DNA of 64,000 nucleotides. Origin: Desulfosudaceae bacterium. GTDB taxonomy: Bacteria > Desulfobacterota > Desulfobacteria > Desulfobacterales > Desulfosudaceae. A program made the position numbers and the translations under genes. Below, in pieces: positions 60,440-64,000 of this stretch. Position 1 is the stretch's first letter. Each line of letters begins with the position of its first letter. The notes below the pieces were generated by a model. That model did no database searches. It was not told the origin of the DNA and was given only the letters and a program-made list of their open reading frames with translations. The DNA is taken from NCBI GenBank assembly GCA_963674745.2, contig CAXXDV010000001.1:2560001-2624000 (forward strand), written 5' to 3'.

Positions 60440-61009
60440 ATGGCGAAAATAGTAGAGCGGAAATTTTACCTGTCGGAGTTCAAGGCCATCAGCAGGGCGA
60501 TTTCCAATTACGGGGATTTAAATGTGTTATTTACGCATATCCTCGACGGGCTGCACCGAACGTTTTCGCTGAAAGGCTGCTGTATCATGCTTTATGATGA
60601 ACGGGAAAAACAGCTTTTTCGTGTCAGAAGCGTCGGATTGAGTGAAGCCTACACCAGTAAAGGTCCGCTTCTGGCCAACCCCCAGGAATCGTCGTTCTTT
60701 AAAAAGGAACCGGTCTTTATTGAAGATATGCAGACCAGTCCGCTGATTGTTTACCCGGACGAGGCCAAAAACGAAGGCATCAAATCGCTGCTTTCCGTGC
60801 CCGTCATGTACGGTGATAATGCCCTTGGCCTGTTACGTATGTATACAGCCGAAGTACAGTATTATAATGAAGATGATATTGATTCCATCTCTACCCTTTG
60901 TCTGCAGTTGGCGGTTGTGCTTGAAAAAAACGGCCTGGAAAATTTTTTAGAGGGGGTAAAGATGGCCATGGGCAGTATCCCGCCCCGATTGTTAAAGGGA
61001 CTGCATTGA
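60440..61009 (+). CDS. Stand-alone GAF domain protein
   Basis: GLSEAY..KG, PVFIED, EGIKSLLSVP, G.LR.Y; AGGAGG RBS. Confidence 0.8.
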   Translation: MAKIVERKFYLSEFKAISRAISNYGDLNVLFTHILDGLHRTFSLKGCCIMLYDEREKQLFRVRSVGLSEAYTSKGPLLANPQESSFFKKEPVFIEDMQTSPLIVYPDEAKNEGIKSLLSVPVMYGDNALGLLRMYTAEVQYYNEDDIDSISTLCLQLAVVLEKNGLENFLEGVKMAMGSIPPRLLKGLH

Positions 61010-61013
61010 TCTG

Positions 61014-61934
61014 ATGAAAAAAACATTTCGTCAGGTCAGCGATACCTCCGATTTTTTTTCGATTGATAAAGGAGATGTCCTTGTCATCGGGGAAAGGCAG
61101 TATGAAATTCTCGGGCACGCGCGGGAACTCCGATTCGGAATTGAGGACCCTAAGTTCTGGGTGAAACGGGTGGTTGATCTGTCCACCCGCGAAAGAAAGC
61201 TGATAAAACTGGCTTTCTTTGAATCATTTGAGGCGTCGTTGGGGGGCGTAAAAATCAAATGCTTCAGGGATCCGGATAAGGAAGGCAAAATTCTTTCACT
61301 GGTCAAGGGACATCCCGATTTCATGCAGGGAGAAGTGTTTCATGACGAGAACGGTAATAATATCAGAGTGCTGGACATTGTTCGGGGGGAGAATTTCATG
61401 CAGCATATCGGCACATTCTCAATGCCGTATGAAAAATATTTTCGAAATGTATTGCCGGGTGTCTTAAAGCATCTGGTCCGGGCACTTGAGGCCATCCGGT
61501 TTTTGCATGTTAATGGCTTTAAGCACGGTGATATCAGAAACGATCACATTATTGTGGAGAAACTGACAGGAAATTACGTCTGGATCGATTTTGATTATGA
61601 TTTTCAGGCTACTGAGAACCCCTTCAGCCTGGATATTTTCGGTTTAGGCAACGTTCTCAGTTATGCCGTGGGCAAGGGGTTTCATAATTATTACATGATT
61701 AAAACAGACCGTTTGAAATACGGAGACCTGGTGGACCGTTTGGAACCCGAAGATTTCGCGTTGCTGGATCCGCGCCGGTTTATCAATCTGGCCAAATTGT
61801 ACCCGATGATACCCGAGGCGCTTAACAGTATCCTGATGTTTTTTTCAGCCGGGGCAGCCGTTTATTATGAAACGGTTGATGAAATAATTGACGATTTAAA
61901 CTGGTTTCTGGACAACTCTCCATATTGTCAATAA
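61014..61934 (+). CDS. Atypical Ser/Thr protein kinase-like protein
   Basis: IKL, E..IL, FLH..GFKHGDIRNDH, WIDFD, DIFGLG. Confidence 0.7.
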   Translation: MKKTFRQVSDTSDFFSIDKGDVLVIGERQYEILGHARELRFGIEDPKFWVKRVVDLSTRERKLIKLAFFESFEASLGGVKIKCFRDPDKEGKILSLVKGHPDFMQGEVFHDENGNNIRVLDIVRGENFMQHIGTFSMPYEKYFRNVLPGVLKHLVRALEAIRFLHVNGFKHGDIRNDHIIVEKLTGNYVWIDFDYDFQATENPFSLDIFGLGNVLSYAVGKGFHNYYMIKTDRLKYGDLVDRLEPEDFALLDPRRFINLAKLYPMIPEALNSILMFFSAGAAVYYETVDEIIDDLNWFLDNSPYCQ

Positions 61935-61951
61935 ATCAGGGAGGTTAAATT

Positions 61952-62395
61952 TTGAACCTTTCCATTCTATTTGCGATAAACGAGTCGGCCAGCTCAAGAG
62001 CTGCAGTAAAGTTTCTGGCATCGCTTCCCCTGGAGCCGGAAGCGGTCCGTATCAAGCTGGTTCATGTGTTACGGAAACCCTCGTCCGGAGAAGAGATGAT
62101 GGGGAAAAAGTATATGAACCAGCAGGCGGAAAGATATACAGAAACGCTTGACAGGGCCAAAGATCAGCTTGTGGAGAACGGCTTTCTAGCGGAAAACATC
62201 GATATCGAGCTGGTGGCCGAACCCTATGACACGATCAGTGATGGTATCATGGATAAGTTTAACAACGGCAAATATGATATGGTCGTGATCGGCAGGAAGA
62301 AAATGTCCAAGGCGGAAGAATTCGTGCTGGGAGATCCGAGTGTCAAACTGGTGAGGGCGCTGGAGGGGACGGCGATAGTCGTGATTAAATCCTGA
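61952..62395 (+). CDS. Universal stress protein
   Basis: ILFA...S..S..A, LVHV, D.VVIGR, LG..S..LV; GGAGG RBS, TTG start. Confidence 0.85.
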   Translation: MNLSILFAINESASSRAAVKFLASLPLEPEAVRIKLVHVLRKPSSGEEMMGKKYMNQQAERYTETLDRAKDQLVENGFLAENIDIELVAEPYDTISDGIMDKFNNGKYDMVVIGRKKMSKAEEFVLGDPSVKLVRALEGTAIVVIKS

Positions 62396-62518
62396 ATGGC
62401 GTCTTAAAAAGCCCAACCTCTGCGTTGCGCTGCGTCTCTCGAAATTTCACGTACTATTAGTACGCTGTATTTCTCGAGACTTGCGCGCCTTGATCTTGAA
62501 CTTTTTACGACGCCATTC
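62394..62518. mobile_element. 125-bp palindromic MITE-like element
   Basis: Terminal IR GAATGGCGTCTTAAAAAG / CTTTTTACGACGCCATTC (17/18 match), nested internal arms and a central CGTACTA-T-TAGTACG; no ORF. Confidence 0.7.
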
Positions 62519-62540
62519 GATTTTTGATTCTCTCCCGTTA

Positions 62541-63332
62541 TCATATTTCCTCGTTTTCGATTTTCTGACTCATCAGCCTGTAATAATCAATGCCCGCTGC
62601 AGCGAATCCTTCTCTACCGTATTTCATGTTGGCTTCTATTACGTAAAACCGGTTGCCCGATGGAATAATGTCCAATCCGACATCGTTCCAGCCGCATGTC
62701 CGGGCGGTTCGCAAGGCAAGATCGGCGGCTTCGTCAGGGATGGAAGCCAGGCTGATCGTCGCTCCGGCCGCCACGTTGTTCCTGAATTCTCCCGGTGAGG
62801 CAATGCGCCAGTAGGCGTGAGCGATCGTATCCCCGATAATCACCACCCTGATATCCCTGTCTGCTTCAAGATATTCCTGTATATAGGCCGGCCGGATTGA
62901 ATCGGTGTAACAGATCAGATCTTCGACGGTGTTGATCAGAAAAACGCCTGCCCCCCGGGCTGATCCCCGCGGAACTTTGGCGATAAAAGGAAAGGTAAAG
63001 TCCGCCAGAATGCTATCGATGGGTGTTTTTTTATAATAAATTTTCGTTCTGGGATGTGGCAGGGCGGCCATTTCAATCATGGCGGTTTGTTTGATTTTGT
63101 CCTGGGCACATTTATAGTTATGGTAAGCGGGAAATGTTTTTTTGCCTAAAGCGTCAAGAATATCCGCGTAGAAAATGGTCGGGTAATAAATTTTGTCCGC
63201 TTTTTGAATCAGGGCGATCTCTTCCCGGGAATAATCGGAGAAACATGGCCGTACACCCAGGGTCATCACGTTTTCGCATCTTGCCAGTCGTCTTCCAAGT
63301 GCGATGGCTTTTTTTGAATATGTGCTGATCAA
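62541..63332 (-). CDS. RimK-family ATP-grasp ligase
   Basis: DK..Q, P.T, FPFIAK, GS.G.GV, YIQEY, DIRV, FRNNV..G, GLD, IEAN. Confidence 0.85.
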   Translation of the reverse strand: MISTYSKKAIALGRRLARCENVMTLGVRPCFSDYSREEIALIQKADKIYYPTIFYADILDALGKKTFPAYHNYKCAQDKIKQTAMIEMAALPHPRTKIYYKKTPIDSILADFTFPFIAKVPRGSARGAGVFLINTVEDLICYTDSIRPAYIQEYLEADRDIRVVIIGDTIAHAYWRIASPGEFRNNVAAGATISLASIPDEAADLALRTARTCGWNDVGLDIIPSGNRFYVIEANMKYGREGFAAAGIDYYRLMSQKIENEEI

Positions 63333-63352
63333 GTTTCGACCGGACCTTTTCG

Positions 63353-64000
63353 TCAGGAGGGGGTGGTCAATATGAATTTTTCAGCTTCGATGCCGGATTC
63401 GGGCCAGAAACGCTGGATGTCGATGTCAACGCTCTCATTCCGGTCGTTTCGAAGCGTGATGGATTCAGGTATGGTTGCCCCGTTGATCAGCCGGATACCG
63501 TTGAAATAGACAGAATATTCGGGCTCATGGCCACCGCCCTTGATGAATTCAATTTTGTGGGGCCTGCCGTTTGCTTTATCAAAAAAAATATTTTCGGTTT
63601 TGTCCGGCCGGTAATTCCTCAGATGGAGCATATAATTCCCGTCCGGAAGATCAATCCGTTCAGCCGTATCAAACGCATGCAGCGGAATGGCGCCGGCCAG
63701 CAGGTGACTCGCGTCGCGGATGGTCAGCGGTATGGAAATGATTTTTTCAAGGTTTACGCGTTTTGCTTTTCTTTTGTGCAGCCTGTGGTCTTCGCTGTGG
63801 GAAAGAACGTAGAACCAGGTGCCGTCGGCAGAAACCGTCAGCAGCGGGATTCCGGTAGGTGCCAGAAGTTCCAGCCGAATGCGGTCCGGCAGGTCGCATA
63901 ACCAGGCAAAGCGCATGCGGGGGATGGGAGATTCTGTTTTAAACGACATCATTCCGATGCCCTTGCATGCATTCAGCCGGGTGTTGATAAGGCGGACCTG
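63353..64000 (-). CDS. LolB-like/DUF4292-like lipoprotein (5' partial)
   Basis: Frame is open to the window end (QVRLINTRLNACKGIGMMSF...). PDRIRLE...P.G motif; beta-rich. Confidence 0.55.
   Translation of the reverse strand, partial: QVRLINTRLNACKGIGMMSFKTESPIPRMRFAWLCDLPDRIRLELLAPTGIPLLTVSADGTWFYVLSHSEDHRLHKRKAKRVNLEKIISIPLTIRDASHLLAGAIPLHAFDTAERIDLPDGNYMLHLRNYRPDKTENIFFDKANGRPHKIEFIKGGGHEPEYSVYFNGIRLINGATIPESITLRNDRNESVDIDIQRFWPESGIEAEKFILTTPS

Overview
Bacterial chromosomal window, most consistent with an anaerobic deltaproteobacterium (Desulfobacterota-like; inferred from gene content and order, not from a search). The left ~29 kb is accessory and largely about cell-envelope or glycan chemistry. 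It holds a TolC end, a sulfotransferase, galE, an sxtJ/sxtK/sxtI-like carbamoyltransferase triad followed by a SET-domain gene, a TRAP transporter and a LarA-family/DUF4301 pair. It also holds a ~15 kb cluster with five radical-SAM enzymes (three B12-binding, two SPASM/twitch-type), GT2, GT4, a methyltransferase and three GT-C-type membrane glycosyltransferases (two TMTC-like TPR proteins, one GT87-like). The right ~35 kb is mostly housekeeping: hisF, thiD, recN, tag, a kamA-like gene, cooC-rnfB/gltD fusion-rseC, xerC-hslVU-argBDFGH, folK, tal/fsa, pgsA, an M23 peptidase, secA and clpS-clpA-aat, ending in a GAF/atypical kinase/USP module. Non-coding structure read directly from the sequence: a GTAG-footed REP doublet flanked by inward-facing 8-bp tandem arrays, a related 8-bp array inside the arg operon, and a 125-bp palindromic MITE-like element with a 43-bp short relative, both starting inside TGA stop codons. 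No rRNA, tRNA, CRISPR array or transposase was seen. The best candidate for an undescribed system is the radical-SAM plus GT-C glycosylation cluster. All product calls come from motif recognition only.
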